Positions 1-8,304 of a stretch of DNA of 64,000 nt are shown in pieces. The notes below the pieces were generated by a model. That model searched no databases. It had not been told where the DNA came from and saw only the letters and a list, made by a program, of their open reading frames with translations. A program made the translations under genes and the position numbers. The stretch comes from a candidate division Kazan bacterium (GTDB lineage: Bacteria > Patescibacteriota > Kazan-3B-28): contig QMNG01000002.1 in assembly GCA_003647645.1 (NCBI GenBank), positions 65,151 through 129,150 of the forward strand. The letters are read 5' to 3'. Every line of letters begins with the position of its first letter. Within the stretch, counting starts at the first letter, position 1.

Positions 1-678
1 TTGAACAGAATTTTATCTACCAAGGATAAACTAACCGGAGAAGAAGCATTTAATTTGTTCTCCAGCTTTGGTTTGCCCATAGATTTTATTAAAGAAAAAA
101 TTGAGGTTGACGAAAGGGAATTCGAGGAGGCCTTTGATAAACACCGGCAGGTCTCCCGGGCTGGCGTTGAGAGTAAGTTTGGTGGACATGGTTTATCAGC
201 CGGCACCAAACTGGGTGATGAAGATAAACAAAAAATAACTCAGTTGCACACGGCCACCCACCTGCTTCATGAGGCTCTCAAACATATTTTAGGTGAGGAA
301 GTCCACCAAGCGGGTTCAGATATCAACCCCACTAGGGCCCGTTTTGATTTTTTATTTCCCCGGAAGCTTGAAGAAGGAGAGATCAGGCGAATTGAGGACT
401 GGGTGAATCAAAAAATTAAAAACGGCTTTAAAGTAAAAAAAGAAACTATGCCCTATACCAAGGCGATTGAAATAGGAGCTCATGCTTTTTTCAAGGAAAA
501 ATATCCCGATACGGTAGATGTCTATACGATATATAATAAAGTCAGTGGGGACATCATTAGCTGTGAAGTGTGCGGAGGTCCTCATGTAGCTTCCAGCAAA
601 GAACTAGGTAAGTTTAAGATTATAAAAGAGCAAAGCAGTTCGGCAGGTATCAGGCGAATTAAAGCGATATTAGAATAA
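1..678 (+). CDS. alaS: Alanyl-tRNA synthetase, C-terminal portion (5' end outside window)
   Basis: Frame is open from base 1. It carries the AlaRS/AlaX editing-domain zinc motifs HTATHLLH (HxxxH) and CGGPHV (CxxxH). ruvX lies two genes downstream, as in the common alaS-ruvX neighbourhood. Confidence 0.85.
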   Translation: MNRILSTKDKLTGEEAFNLFSSFGLPIDFIKEKIEVDEREFEEAFDKHRQVSRAGVESKFGGHGLSAGTKLGDEDKQKITQLHTATHLLHEALKHILGEEVHQAGSDINPTRARFDFLFPRKLEEGEIRRIEDWVNQKIKNGFKVKKETMPYTKAIEIGAHAFFKEKYPDTVDVYTIYNKVSGDIISCEVCGGPHVASSKELGKFKIIKEQSSSAGIRRIKAILE

Positions 679-682
679 TTTT

Positions 683-1936
683 ATGTTTTGGGGGCGCAAA
701 AAACAAGCTGATCACGAATATATCCTAGTGTTAGACATTGGAACTTCTTTCGTGAAGGCAGTAGTTTGCTTTATAGAAGATAATCAAGCGCATATTGTCA
801 GTCATCGCCGGTGCAAACAGACAGCTAATAGTATGCGCGGCGGCATGATCGTGAATTTACCAGAAGTAGTGAAGGCCTGCCGAACGGCAATTGATTTGGC
901 GACCCAAGATTTGGATACAGAAGTTACTTCGGCTGTGTTAGGAATTAACGGCCAATTGATTGAAAGTGTTACCACAACAGTCCATTATGATAGGGCCCAT
1001 AGCAATCACCCGTTGGAGCACTCGGAATTGAAAAACATTATTTATAAGATTCAGCAGCGCTCTAGCGAAAAATTAAGAAGCTCTTTAAGCGAAAAATTTT
1101 TGGAAGACCATCCGGATATTGAACTTATTCATGCCAGCGTAGTGGATGTGCAGATGGACGGCTATGTAGTGGAAAATCCGATTGGTTTTCAGGGCAAACG
1201 GCTGAGCCTGACCATTTTTAACGCCTATGTTCCAACTGTGTATATGGGAATTTTGCAAAATCTAGCGCAGGAATTAAATCTTAATATTTTAGCTGTTGCA
1301 GCGCAGCCTTACGGACTCTCTAAACTGTTTGTTAATAATGATCTCAGAAGCGACAATCCGGAAGGCATCTTTATAGATATTGGCGGGGGGACAACCGATT
1401 TGGTCGTTTTGAAGAACGGCGGCATGGAGGGAATTCAAAGTTTCGCTTTGGGCGGAGATGCTTTTACCCGCAATCTTAAAAAAGTTTTAGGCGGAAGTTT
1501 GGAGAAAGCCGAAAAAATTAAGATAGATTATGCCAACGATTTGTTAGACAAGCGCTCAACTAAAAAAATTAGTGAATCATTGATGGCCGACGCGCGTATT
1601 TGGCTCAGTGGAGTTGAAATTGCTTTAAAGGAATTCCACGAATTGAAAATCTTACCCTCGAAAATATATCTCACGGGAGGCAGCGCTCCCCTGCCGGAAC
1701 TTCGGCGGGTACTTTTAACCAAAGACTGGTCCAAGCAGCTGCCATTCTCTAAAAAACCTTATCCGTATGTCATTAAAGTCGATGAAGTGAGCGAGATTGT
1801 TAACGAGTCAAAGACAGAGTTGTGTCCAAGTGATATTCCATCGTTGGGATTAACCAAACTAAACCTTAATCTCACATCAGAAGATGACGTGGTGACCAAT
1901 ACCCTACAGAATATTATTAAAAGTATGCAGGAATAA
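683..1936 (+). CDS. ftsA: Actin-like ATPase, FtsA-type cell division protein (PilM-type not excluded)
   Basis: 417 aa. Phosphate-binding motifs LVLDIGTSFVKAVV and FIDIGGGTTDLVV are typical of the FtsA/PilM branch of the ASKHA fold. Confidence 0.65.
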   Translation: MFWGRKKQADHEYILVLDIGTSFVKAVVCFIEDNQAHIVSHRRCKQTANSMRGGMIVNLPEVVKACRTAIDLATQDLDTEVTSAVLGINGQLIESVTTTVHYDRAHSNHPLEHSELKNIIYKIQQRSSEKLRSSLSEKFLEDHPDIELIHASVVDVQMDGYVVENPIGFQGKRLSLTIFNAYVPTVYMGILQNLAQELNLNILAVAAQPYGLSKLFVNNDLRSDNPEGIFIDIGGGTTDLVVLKNGGMEGIQSFALGGDAFTRNLKKVLGGSLEKAEKIKIDYANDLLDKRSTKKISESLMADARIWLSGVEIALKEFHELKILPSKIYLTGGSAPLPELRRVLLTKDWSKQLPFSKKPYPYVIKVDEVSEIVNESKTELCPSDIPSLGLTKLNLNLTSEDDVVTNTLQNIIKSMQE

Positions 1937-2008
1937 AAATCCAGATCAAAGAAACTAAATTTTCCGACAAATTTAAATTATTAATTTATTCTAAGATCTA
2001 ACTGAATT

Positions 2009-3643
2009 ATGGCTGAACAATTAATATATTTAGAGGTTGGAGACGATGTGGCAGCTGCGATAGGTCGCCTTCAGCGGGCCAGTAGTGACGAGGTAGTGAT
2101 GGTTGTTCCCCGCCGGGCTTTGTTGCTGCAGAATGTAATCAATTTGCGAATGCTCAAACGCCAAGCCGACCTTTTAAATAAGAAGGTTAGCTTGATGACT
2201 CAAGACGAAATGGGCAGGAACTCTGCCAGCGAAGCCGGCTTTAAAATTTTAGATCAACTGGATAACGATGAGACCCCTGCCGTGAAGCCAGTTCATCTAG
2301 AAAAGACCGGAACTACTGTTGGTTCTAAAATTAGGTATCGGAAAAATCGCCCAATAAAGGCAGATGTCGTTTCTGATATTGATGTTGAGCCGGGTTCTTT
2401 GGAAAAAACCTCGTTAGATGATCGGGGCGGAAAGTGGGCTAAAGTTTCAATGGGATCAGTTGTTCGCTCTGCCAAAACAGCTGGAAAATTATTCAAGCTT
2501 GAGCGTCATCATCAAGTTTTGATTGGGTTCATAGTCCTCGGTTTATTGATTTTGGGAAGTGTGGGATTTTTTGTCATTCCCAAGGCGTACGTTGCCATTG
2601 AAGTACAGTCGGAACCCTTTTCCAAACAATTTACTTTGGTTCTGGCAGACACTCAGGATGTTCAAACGGCTGGTCCGAACGTACTGACAGGTCGATTTAT
2701 TGAGGTAACCCGGGAGAATACTGGCGAGTTTGAAGCGACAGGGGAAGAAAATAGGGGGGAAAAATCTGAGGGCAAGATAACCATTATTAACCACACGGGT
2801 TCAATCCAAGGACTTTTGGTTAATACTCGTTTTCAGAGCCCTGCAGGTTTGGTATTCAGAATCAAAAGTGAAATATTAATACCTCCGGCTCGTGGCGGTA
2901 CACCGGGACGGGCAACAGTTGAAGCCGTCGCAGACGGAGGAGGAACTAAATATAACATTTCAGCGCCCATGAAGCTAACTATTCCGGGCCTTGGTGATGC
3001 TGGTGTAGATATGGTTTATGGCGAAGTAAACGGAAGTTTTAAAGGTGGCACGGATGATATCACTAAAATAGTATCTGAGGAAGATATCGAGAAAGCCAAA
3101 ATTGAGGCAGCCACCAACGTATTTGTATCTGCTGAGGCAGAGTTAAGCAGAGAACTAAAACGAGGTGAGAAGCTTATTCCCGAACTGATTCAAAATGATG
3201 TGATCGACACAATGCCAAGTGCCAGCGCTGGCGCCAAACGGGACAAATTTGAAGTTCGGGTCCAATCCCGCAGCTGGACAATCTTAATAGATGATGAGGA
3301 CTTGAAGAAAGCTATTTCTAATTCAGCTATGTTTGGATTGCCAGAGGGTCAGCAAGTTACTGATAATACGATTGATAATGCCAGCATCGAAGTAATTGAG
3401 AGTAATTTTTTAAATCACAGAATCAACCTTCTGATAAAACTGGAAGGCAGAGTGGGTCCGAGTATTAACAAGCAAGAAATCGCTTCAATTTTGGCCAATC
3501 AGGACATTGAATCTGCCAGTGGAACACTGGATAGCATGGAGGAAATCACAACTAGCTCTATAGAAATTTGGCCCACTTTCCTGACGCGAATTCCGCTTCT
3601 ATATAATAATATCCGGATACAAGTTATTTATCTCGGCGAATGA
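2009..3643 (+). CDS. Hypothetical bitopic membrane protein
   Basis: 544-aa ORF with a single hydrophobic helix (VLIGFIVLGLLILGSVGFFVI) after a ~170-aa N-terminal domain. No motif I can assign. Its stop overlaps the ruvX start. Confidence 0.6.
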   Translation: MAEQLIYLEVGDDVAAAIGRLQRASSDEVVMVVPRRALLLQNVINLRMLKRQADLLNKKVSLMTQDEMGRNSASEAGFKILDQLDNDETPAVKPVHLEKTGTTVGSKIRYRKNRPIKADVVSDIDVEPGSLEKTSLDDRGGKWAKVSMGSVVRSAKTAGKLFKLERHHQVLIGFIVLGLLILGSVGFFVIPKAYVAIEVQSEPFSKQFTLVLADTQDVQTAGPNVLTGRFIEVTRENTGEFEATGEENRGEKSEGKITIINHTGSIQGLLVNTRFQSPAGLVFRIKSEILIPPARGGTPGRATVEAVADGGGTKYNISAPMKLTIPGLGDAGVDMVYGEVNGSFKGGTDDITKIVSEEDIEKAKIEAATNVFVSAEAELSRELKRGEKLIPELIQNDVIDTMPSASAGAKRDKFEVRVQSRSWTILIDDEDLKKAISNSAMFGLPEGQQVTDNTIDNASIEVIESNFLNHRINLLIKLEGRVGPSINKQEIASILANQDIESASGTLDSMEEITTSSIEIWPTFLTRIPLLYNNIRIQVIYLGE

Positions 3644-4038
3644 CATCGATACTAGGCATTGATCCCGGGGAAAAACGCGTCGGTGTGGCTGTCGCAGATT
3701 TAGACACCCGAATCATTACGCCTCTGGTAGTTCTTAAGAATAACCGGACGTTTATTAGCGAGCTCAAAAAACTTTACGATGAGTACAATTTCAATACGGT
3801 TGTTGTCGGCATACCCTTAACCAGCTCTGGTCTTGAGGGTAAACAAGCTCAAAAGGCGTTGGCATTGGCTAAAAAAATTAAATTGCAGTTACCGGTAGCA
3901 ATAAAATTTCAGGATGAGCGTCATACCTCCAGACTCGCCCTGACTAAATTACAAATCACCGGCCATGATAAATCAAAGGTCGATGCCCTTGCTGCTGTCT
4001 TAATTTTGGAGAGTTGGCTGGCCCGTTCAAAATCATAA
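3640..4038 (+). CDS. ruvX: YqgF/RuvX-family putative Holliday junction resolvase / pre-16S rRNA nuclease
   Basis: N-terminal ILGIDPGEKRVGVAVAD and C-terminal DERHTS motifs of the YqgF family. 4-nt overlap with the upstream gene. Confidence 0.85.
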   Translation: MTSILGIDPGEKRVGVAVADLDTRIITPLVVLKNNRTFISELKKLYDEYNFNTVVVGIPLTSSGLEGKQAQKALALAKKIKLQLPVAIKFQDERHTSRLALTKLQITGHDKSKVDALAAVLILESWLARSKS

Positions 4039-4062
4039 AAGTTCTTTGCTACAATACAATTA

Positions 4063-4091
4063 TTGACATTTGATATGCTCGTTTGTACAAT
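4063..4091 (+). promoter_or_regulatory. Sigma-70-type promoter upstream of HU gene
   Basis: TTGACA (4063-4068), 17-nt spacer, TACAAT (4086-4091). It sits ~45 nt upstream of the GGAGG RBS and ATG of the HU gene. Confidence 0.6.
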
Positions 4092-4136
4092 AGCCGTAGT
4101 TATTATATTAGCTAATGGTAATCGCTGGGAGGTGAA

Positions 4137-4409
4137 ATGAATAAATCCCAACTTATCGAGTTAATTGCCTCAAAGGCAAATCTCTCGAAAAAGTCAGCAA
4201 CTCAAGCGGTGGATATCTTTGTCGATACGGTCAAGAAGAATCTGGCCGAGAACAAGAAGGTAACCATTACTGGTTTTGGTACTTTTTCGGTCAGTTCGCG
4301 TGCAGCTCGTAACGGCGTAAACCCCCAGACTGGAAAGCCGATCACTATTCCGGCTTCCAAAGTCCCCCGGTTCAAGGCTGGCAAGGAATTACGCCATTTG
4401 GTTAAGTAA
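4137..4409 (+). CDS. hup: HU-family DNA-binding protein
   Basis: 90 aa. The MNKSQLIELIA...GFGTFSVSSRAARNGVNPQTGKPITIPASKVPRFKAGKELR pattern is the canonical HU/IHF fold signature. Strong RBS GGAGGTGAAATG. Confidence 0.92.
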   Translation: MNKSQLIELIASKANLSKKSATQAVDIFVDTVKKNLAENKKVTITGFGTFSVSSRAARNGVNPQTGKPITIPASKVPRFKAGKELRHLVK

Positions 4410-4431
4410 CCATTTTATACTAAAAACAAAA

Positions 4432-4465
4432 CTCCTCTCTTGCATAGAGGGAGGGTGTTTTGTTT
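4432..4465 (+). terminator. Rho-independent terminator after HU gene
   Basis: Imperfect stem CTCCTCTCT / AGAGGGAGG with a 5-nt loop, followed by GTGTTTTGTTTATT. Confidence 0.6.
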
Positions 4466-4493
4466 ATTATAGAGGTACATAGTTAAATCTTCA

Positions 4494-4568
4494 GCGGGTA
4501 TCGTATAGCGGCTATTATATCTGCCTTCCAAGCAGAAGATGCGGGTTCGACTCCCGCTACCCGCTCCA
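4494..4568 (+). tRNA. tRNA-Gly (anticodon TCC), CCA encoded
   Basis: Acceptor GCGGGTA/TACCCGC, anticodon stem TCTGC/GCAGA with loop CTTCCAA, T-arm GCGGGTTCGACTCCCGC, 3' TCCA. Confidence 0.9.
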
Positions 4569-4610
4569 GATGACATTAAATAGTTCTCTCTCATGCCGAC
4601 TTTTGTGTAC

Positions 4611-4639
4611 TTGACACGAAGGGTTCTTTGTGATATAAT
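4611..4639 (+). promoter_or_regulatory. Perfect consensus sigma-70 promoter
   Basis: TTGACA (4611-4616), 17-nt spacer, TATAAT (4634-4639), upstream of the 4745 ORF. Confidence 0.65.
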
Positions 4640-4744
4640 TGAATAATGTTTGGCCTAAAAGTTTAGAAAATATGTCAGAGTGTCGTGATGCTGCGGAGGG
4701 AAGTTTATTTAAAAATCGTTTGTTGAAATATTAATTAAGGATTG

Positions 4745-5134
4745 ATGAAAAACAAAAATAAAAATATTTTTAGGAAGCTTAGGTCTATTCTTATTAACTC
4801 CGGTTATGATGTGGTTCTGACTGGTCGATTCAACCCTCCCCGAGACATCAGAGGGCTGAGATTTAGAAGTGTCAAGGGATATATTGCTCCAGACAGTTTA
4901 AAAATTTATATAAACAAAGCTATGCCGGTTAATGATCGAGTTATCACTCTGATCCACGAACTTCTGCATGAAATGTATCCGGTTTGGACGGAGTCTAAGG
5001 TAGAACGGGAATCAAAAAATATTTTCCAGTCATTAACAGTTCCTCAGTTGGGTTTCATTCAGTTTTTTGTTATGACTAAGCCGGAAATCAACAGAACTCT
5101 CAAGCAACAGCCATTTCATTCCCCTATCTGTTAA
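4745..5134 (+). CDS. Small hypothetical protein with HExxH metallopeptidase-like motif
   Basis: ~129 aa. The only recognisable element is ITLIHELLHEMYP (HExxH). The ATG at 4745 is preferred over the TTG at 4742. Confidence 0.5.
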   Translation: MKNKNKNIFRKLRSILINSGYDVVLTGRFNPPRDIRGLRFRSVKGYIAPDSLKIYINKAMPVNDRVITLIHELLHEMYPVWTESKVERESKNIFQSLTVPQLGFIQFFVMTKPEINRTLKQQPFHSPIC

Positions 5135-5360
5135 TCCCAAGAATATTTTTAAGGCTTTACCTATTTCCGTCAGTCGCGGAAATTTTTTATTCTTGGATCG
5201 TTTCTTTTTGCCGATGGTTATTCGGTTTTAGTGAAAAGCAGATAGTATTTAATTTTTTGGATGTTCTCTGAAATTTGTATTTTAATTAGATTTCCATATT
5301 GCTTGTGCTAAATTTATAATGTACTCTACAACAATGTTTCTTTTATTTAAATGCGCTCTT

Positions 5361-5436
5361 GCCCCGGTAGCTCAGTGGATAGAGCATCGGTTTTCTAAAC
5401 CGAGGGTCGCAGGTTCGAATCCTGCCCGGGGTGCCA
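5361..5436 (+). tRNA. tRNA-Arg (anticodon TCT), CCA encoded
   Basis: Acceptor GCCCCGG/CCGGGGT, D-arm TAGCTCAGTGGATAGAGCA, anticodon loop TTTCTAA, T-arm GCAGGTTCGAATCCTGC, 3' GCCA. Confidence 0.9.
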
Positions 5437-5480
5437 CAAGAGGTTTTGCCCCATTAACAATCAGCGACGGTTAGTTATTA
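5437..5480. repeat. tRNA-trailer repeat (hairpin + CAATTAACAAT-type segment), copy 1
   Basis: CAAGAGGTTTTGCCCCATTAACAATCAGCGACGGTTAGTTATT aligns with the sequences following tRNA-Arg(CCG) at 6087 and preceding tRNA-Lys(TTT) at 16228. Confidence 0.6.
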
Positions 5481-5542
5481 AATATAGTTAAAGCGGTATC
5501 ATTATAGTAACCGATTTTAAATTACCGCATTGCGGTGTTCAT

Positions 5543-5619
5543 GGTGGACGTAGCTTAATGGTAAAGCTCCCGGTTGTGGTCCGGGCGATCTGCGGGTTCG
5601 AATCCCGTCGTCCACCCCA
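5543..5619 (+). tRNA. tRNA-His (anticodon GTG) with encoded G-1 and CCA
   Basis: An extra 5' G pairs with C73 (G-GTGGACG...CGTCCAC-C-CCA). Anticodon stem CCCGG/CCGGG with loop TTGTGGT. T-loop GTTCGAATC. Confidence 0.9.
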
Positions 5620-5626
5620 CCAATAT

Positions 5627-6019
5627 ATGCTTATGAAGATTGATAAAAAAGAATTTAAGTCTGCCGTTTATAAACTTGTTAAGTTAATCCCTAGGGGCAA
5701 TGTGATGACCTATGGTCAGATTGCTGCGCTGCTTGGCTATCCCAGAGCAGCCCAATATGTTGGTTGGACGCTGCACTGGGCAAAATTTGAGGATGTTCCA
5801 TATCAGCGGGTAGTTAATAGATTTGGCGGTCTGGCGTCGGGCTACTCGCGTGGCGGCAGAGAAGCTCATAGATTCGATTTGGAAACTCTTGAGGGGATTA
5901 AAGTGCGCGACGACATGACTATCGATCTTGAAAAATATATCTGGCATCCGCCCCAAGATCTGATTCCCAAGATTAGATCGGCCGGGGTGCTGGAAGACAT
6001 ACCCTTCAAGTCCCCGTAG
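5627..6019 (+). CDS. Alkyltransferase-like (Atl) / MGMT DNA-binding-domain protein lacking the active-site Cys
   Basis: IPRGNVMTYGQIAALLGYPRAAQYVGWTL plus VPYQRVVN in place of the MGMT PCHRV motif, so there is no acceptor cysteine. The start is moved to the ATG at 5627 because the longer ORF would run through tRNA-His. Confidence 0.75.
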   Translation: MLMKIDKKEFKSAVYKLVKLIPRGNVMTYGQIAALLGYPRAAQYVGWTLHWAKFEDVPYQRVVNRFGGLASGYSRGGREAHRFDLETLEGIKVRDDMTIDLEKYIWHPPQDLIPKIRSAGVLEDIPFKSP

Positions 6020-6086
6020 CTCAGCGGATTAGAGCGTTGGTTTCCGGTACCAAAGGTCGGAGGTTCGAATCCTCCCGGGGACGCCA
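6010..6086 (+). tRNA. tRNA-Arg (anticodon CCG), CCA encoded
   Basis: Acceptor GTCCCCG/CGGGGAC, anticodon stem TTGGT/ACCAA with loop TTCCGGT, T-arm GGAGGTTCGAATCCTCC. Its 5' end overlaps the last 10 nt of the preceding CDS. Confidence 0.9.
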
Positions 6087-6215
6087 CAAAAGGAGCTTTG
6101 CTCCAATTAACAATTAGCAATGGTCAATTGCCAGTTATTATTGAAGAAATATTATATAATGACAATCAATTGAGAATTAAAAATTGTGAATTGGAAATTG
6201 CCGCGCAGCGGCCTT
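6087..6215. repeat. tRNA-associated repeat (trailer of tRNA-Arg / leader of tRNA-Lys), copy 2
   Basis: GGAGCTTTGCTCC hairpin + CAATTAACAATTAGCAATGGTCAATTGCCAGTTATT ... AATTGTGAATTGGAAATTGCCGCGCAGCGGC. The same modules recur at 16228-16415. Confidence 0.7.
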
Positions 6216-6290
6216 GGGTGCATAGCTCAGCGGTAGAGCAGTCGCCTCTTAAGCGATTGGCCGCAGGTTCGAATCCTGCTGCACCCACCA
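6216..6290 (+). tRNA. tRNA-Lys (anticodon CTT), CCA encoded
   Basis: Acceptor GGGTGCA/TGCACCC, anticodon loop CTCTTAA, T-arm GCAGGTTCGAATCCTGC, 3' ACCA. Confidence 0.9.
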
Positions 6291-6443
6291 TATTAAAAAT
6301 TCGAAGCACTAAATCCGAAATCCTAAACAAGCACGAAGCACTAAATTTTAAACAGAAACAAGAAAACAGTTTGGGACATTGGAATTTAATATTTAGAATT
6401 TGTTTAGAGTTTAGATATTAGAATTTAGAATTTAACTTTTTTA

Positions 6444-6518
6444 GGCCCCATCGTCTAATGGTTAGGACGTCAGCTTTTCAAGCTGAAAACAGGAGTTCGA
6501 TTCTCCTTGGGGCTACCA
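6444..6518 (+). tRNA. tRNA-Glu (anticodon TTC), CCA encoded
   Basis: Acceptor GGCCCCA/TGGGGCT, anticodon stem TCAGC/GCTGA with loop TTTTCAA, T-arm AGGAGTTCGATTCTCCT, 3' ACCA. Confidence 0.88.
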
Positions 6519-6648
6519 AATTTTCAAGAAAGTTACAAAAAGGCAAAGCAGACAAAGCTCCAAATAGAAAGACCTCTGCTATGGATGAGAGTTTTCTAAA
6601 AGGTATCAGATTATTCATGCCTGAACTACCGAATTTCAATAATCATCG

Positions 6649-6676
6649 TTGACAGAATTTGTTCTTTTGATACACT
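6649..6676 (+). promoter_or_regulatory. Sigma-70-type promoter upstream of acidic repeat protein gene
   Basis: TTGACA (6649-6654), 16-nt spacer, TACACT (6671-6676). Confidence 0.45.
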
Positions 6677-6774
6677 CATCAATGTACAAAAGTAATCTTT
6701 TGTCGCTGTTGGGATAGCCTGATAGCGAATAGGGTCGAATGATCTAACCTTGTTTTTAAAGTAAGAGGAGAATT

Positions 6775-7080
6775 ATGAACGACGAAATGGACACAGCCCC
6801 CACGGGCGACGAAGAAAATACTGATGTTACCCCTACGGCTGATGATGCGCCTGCCGCTGATGACGACAACACTACAGGTGCAGATGGCGAAGAAGCAGCT
6901 CCCGAGGCTGCTCCTGAAACTCCTGCCGAAGAAGCAGCTCCCGAGGCCGCTCCTGAAACTCCCGCCGAAGCAGCTCCCGAGGCTCCTGCGGAAGAAGCAG
7001 CTCCCGAGGCTCCTGCCGAAGAAGCAGCTCCCGAAGCCGCCTCAGATGAAGGCGACAATAATGAAGAAAACGCAGTGTAA
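6775..7080 (+). CDS. Small highly acidic Pro/Ala/Glu-repeat protein (predicted disordered)
   Basis: 101 aa with a strong RBS (AAGAGGAGAATTATG). Repeated EEAAPEAAPETPA units. It has its own promoter-like and terminator-like signals. Other frames and the opposite strand are also open, which is a low-complexity artefact. Confidence 0.6.
   Translation: MNDEMDTAPTGDEENTDVTPTADDAPAADDDNTTGADGEEAAPEAAPETPAEEAAPEAAPETPAEAAPEAPAEEAAPEAPAEEAAPEAASDEGDNNEENAV
6889..7041. repeat. Tandem in-frame DNA repeats inside the acidic protein gene
   Basis: Reiterated GAAGAAGCAGCTCCCGAGGCTGCTCCTGAAACTCCTGCC units and shortened GAAGAAGCAGCTCCCGAGGCTCCTGC(C/G) units. Confidence 0.8.
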
Positions 7081-7103
7081 TTTCTTCTCAATAATATAAA
7101 TAA

Positions 7104-7135
7104 GATCCCCATTGAACTCAGTGGGGGTTTTATTT
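7104..7135 (+). terminator. Rho-independent terminator
   Basis: Stem ATCCCCA / TGGGGGT around a 10-nt loop, followed by TTTTATTTT. Confidence 0.6.
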
Positions 7136-7321
7136 TACCGCTTGACTAGTTTAATATAATTAAGTTGTATCCTTAGAAAGCCCTGCAGTCGACTGTAATT
7201 AGTGCTGTTGGAAACGCATAGACAACTGGGAGCAGTGTTTCCTGTTTGATTTCTGTCTTGCCTTGAAAAGAAATATAATTGAAAGACCCGAAGGTTTTTC
7301 TTAAAGTTTTCTACAAAAAGC

Positions 7322-8269
7322 ATGAATGAATATGATGTTGTTATTGTGGGGGCGGGGGCAGCTGGTTTGTCAGCTGCTTTATATACATCTCGTCGCAGAT
7401 TGAAAACTTTAATTTTGTCCAAAGACATGGGTGGTCAAACTGCTACTACTATGGATATAGAAAATTATCCGGGGGTTGATTTTTCCACCGGCCCGGATCT
7501 TATGAAAAACTTTGCTGCCCAGGCTAAGAAATTCGGCGCTGAACTAGTATTGGATGAGGTAATTGGCATTAGCCGAGATGGCCAGAAATTTAGCGTTAGC
7601 ACAAAGTCCGGTAAAACCTATTCAGCTAAGGCAATAATTTTGGGTCTTGGCAAGCGCCCCCGTGAATTGGATGTTGCCGGCGAAGAAAAATTTAGAAACA
7701 AAGGAGTAGTGTATTGTGCTACTTGTGACGCTCCTTTATTTAAAGACAAAATAGTAGCGGTCATTGGCGGAGGCAACGCGGCTTTCGACTCGGCGCTGTT
7801 ATTATCTAAGATCGCTGCCAAAGTTTATTTGATCCATAGGCGAAACGAATTTAGGGCTGAAAATATTTTAGTTGAACGGGCTAAGCAGACAGATAAAATT
7901 GAATTTATCCTTAATGCCATAGTCGACAGCATTGAGGGTAAAGATTTTGTTGATTCAGTTGTTATTAGTACCCCAAGTGGCAAAAAGACACTGGCAGTTG
8001 AGGGAGTGTTTGTGGAAATTGGACAGATAGTTCCCAGTAGCTTCATTAAGGGTTTGGTTGAGCTAAACGATGCAGGAGAAATAATTATTGATAATGTGAA
8101 CCAAACTTCGGCGTCGGGCATTTTTGCGGCTGGCGATGCCACCATAGTGCCCTTTAAGCAAATGGTGGTTTCTGCCGGTGAGGGTGCCAAGGCCGCTTTG
8201 GCTGCATACAACTATATTCAAGGGCAAAGTCTCGATACGGCTACTGCTGATCAAGGCTATATCAAATAA
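7322..8269 (+). CDS. trxB: Thioredoxin-disulfide reductase
   Basis: FAD motif VVIVGAGAAGLSAA, redox-active CATCD, NADPH motif GGGNAA, C-terminal GIFAAGD. Confidence 0.9.
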   Translation: MNEYDVVIVGAGAAGLSAALYTSRRRLKTLILSKDMGGQTATTMDIENYPGVDFSTGPDLMKNFAAQAKKFGAELVLDEVIGISRDGQKFSVSTKSGKTYSAKAIILGLGKRPRELDVAGEEKFRNKGVVYCATCDAPLFKDKIVAVIGGGNAAFDSALLLSKIAAKVYLIHRRNEFRAENILVERAKQTDKIEFILNAIVDSIEGKDFVDSVVISTPSGKKTLAVEGVFVEIGQIVPSSFIKGLVELNDAGEIIIDNVNQTSASGIFAAGDATIVPFKQMVVSAGEGAKAALAAYNYIQGQSLDTATADQGYIK

Positions 8270-8304
8270 ACAAGACATAGACACAAGGGTAAACTTTTAG
8301 GCAA

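Noticed and set aside
5558-5626. Extended start of the Atl-like ORF (MVKLPVVVRAICGFESRR...).
   Set aside because: These codons are the body of tRNA-His read as protein. The ATG at 5627, just after the tRNA, is the plausible start.
5866-6652. ORFs 5866-6120 (-), 6098-6421 (+) and 6458-6652 (+).
   Set aside because: They run through tRNA-Arg, tRNA-Lys and tRNA-Glu genes or repeat sequence. There is no RBS or recognisable motif, so they are artefacts of the tRNA cluster.
6756-7112. A 118-aa minus-strand Ala/Ser/Gly-rich ORF and a 91-aa alternative plus-frame ORF over the acidic repeat gene.
   Set aside because: Low-complexity tandem repeats keep several frames open. Only the acidic frame has an RBS, an ATG and flanking promoter/terminator signals.
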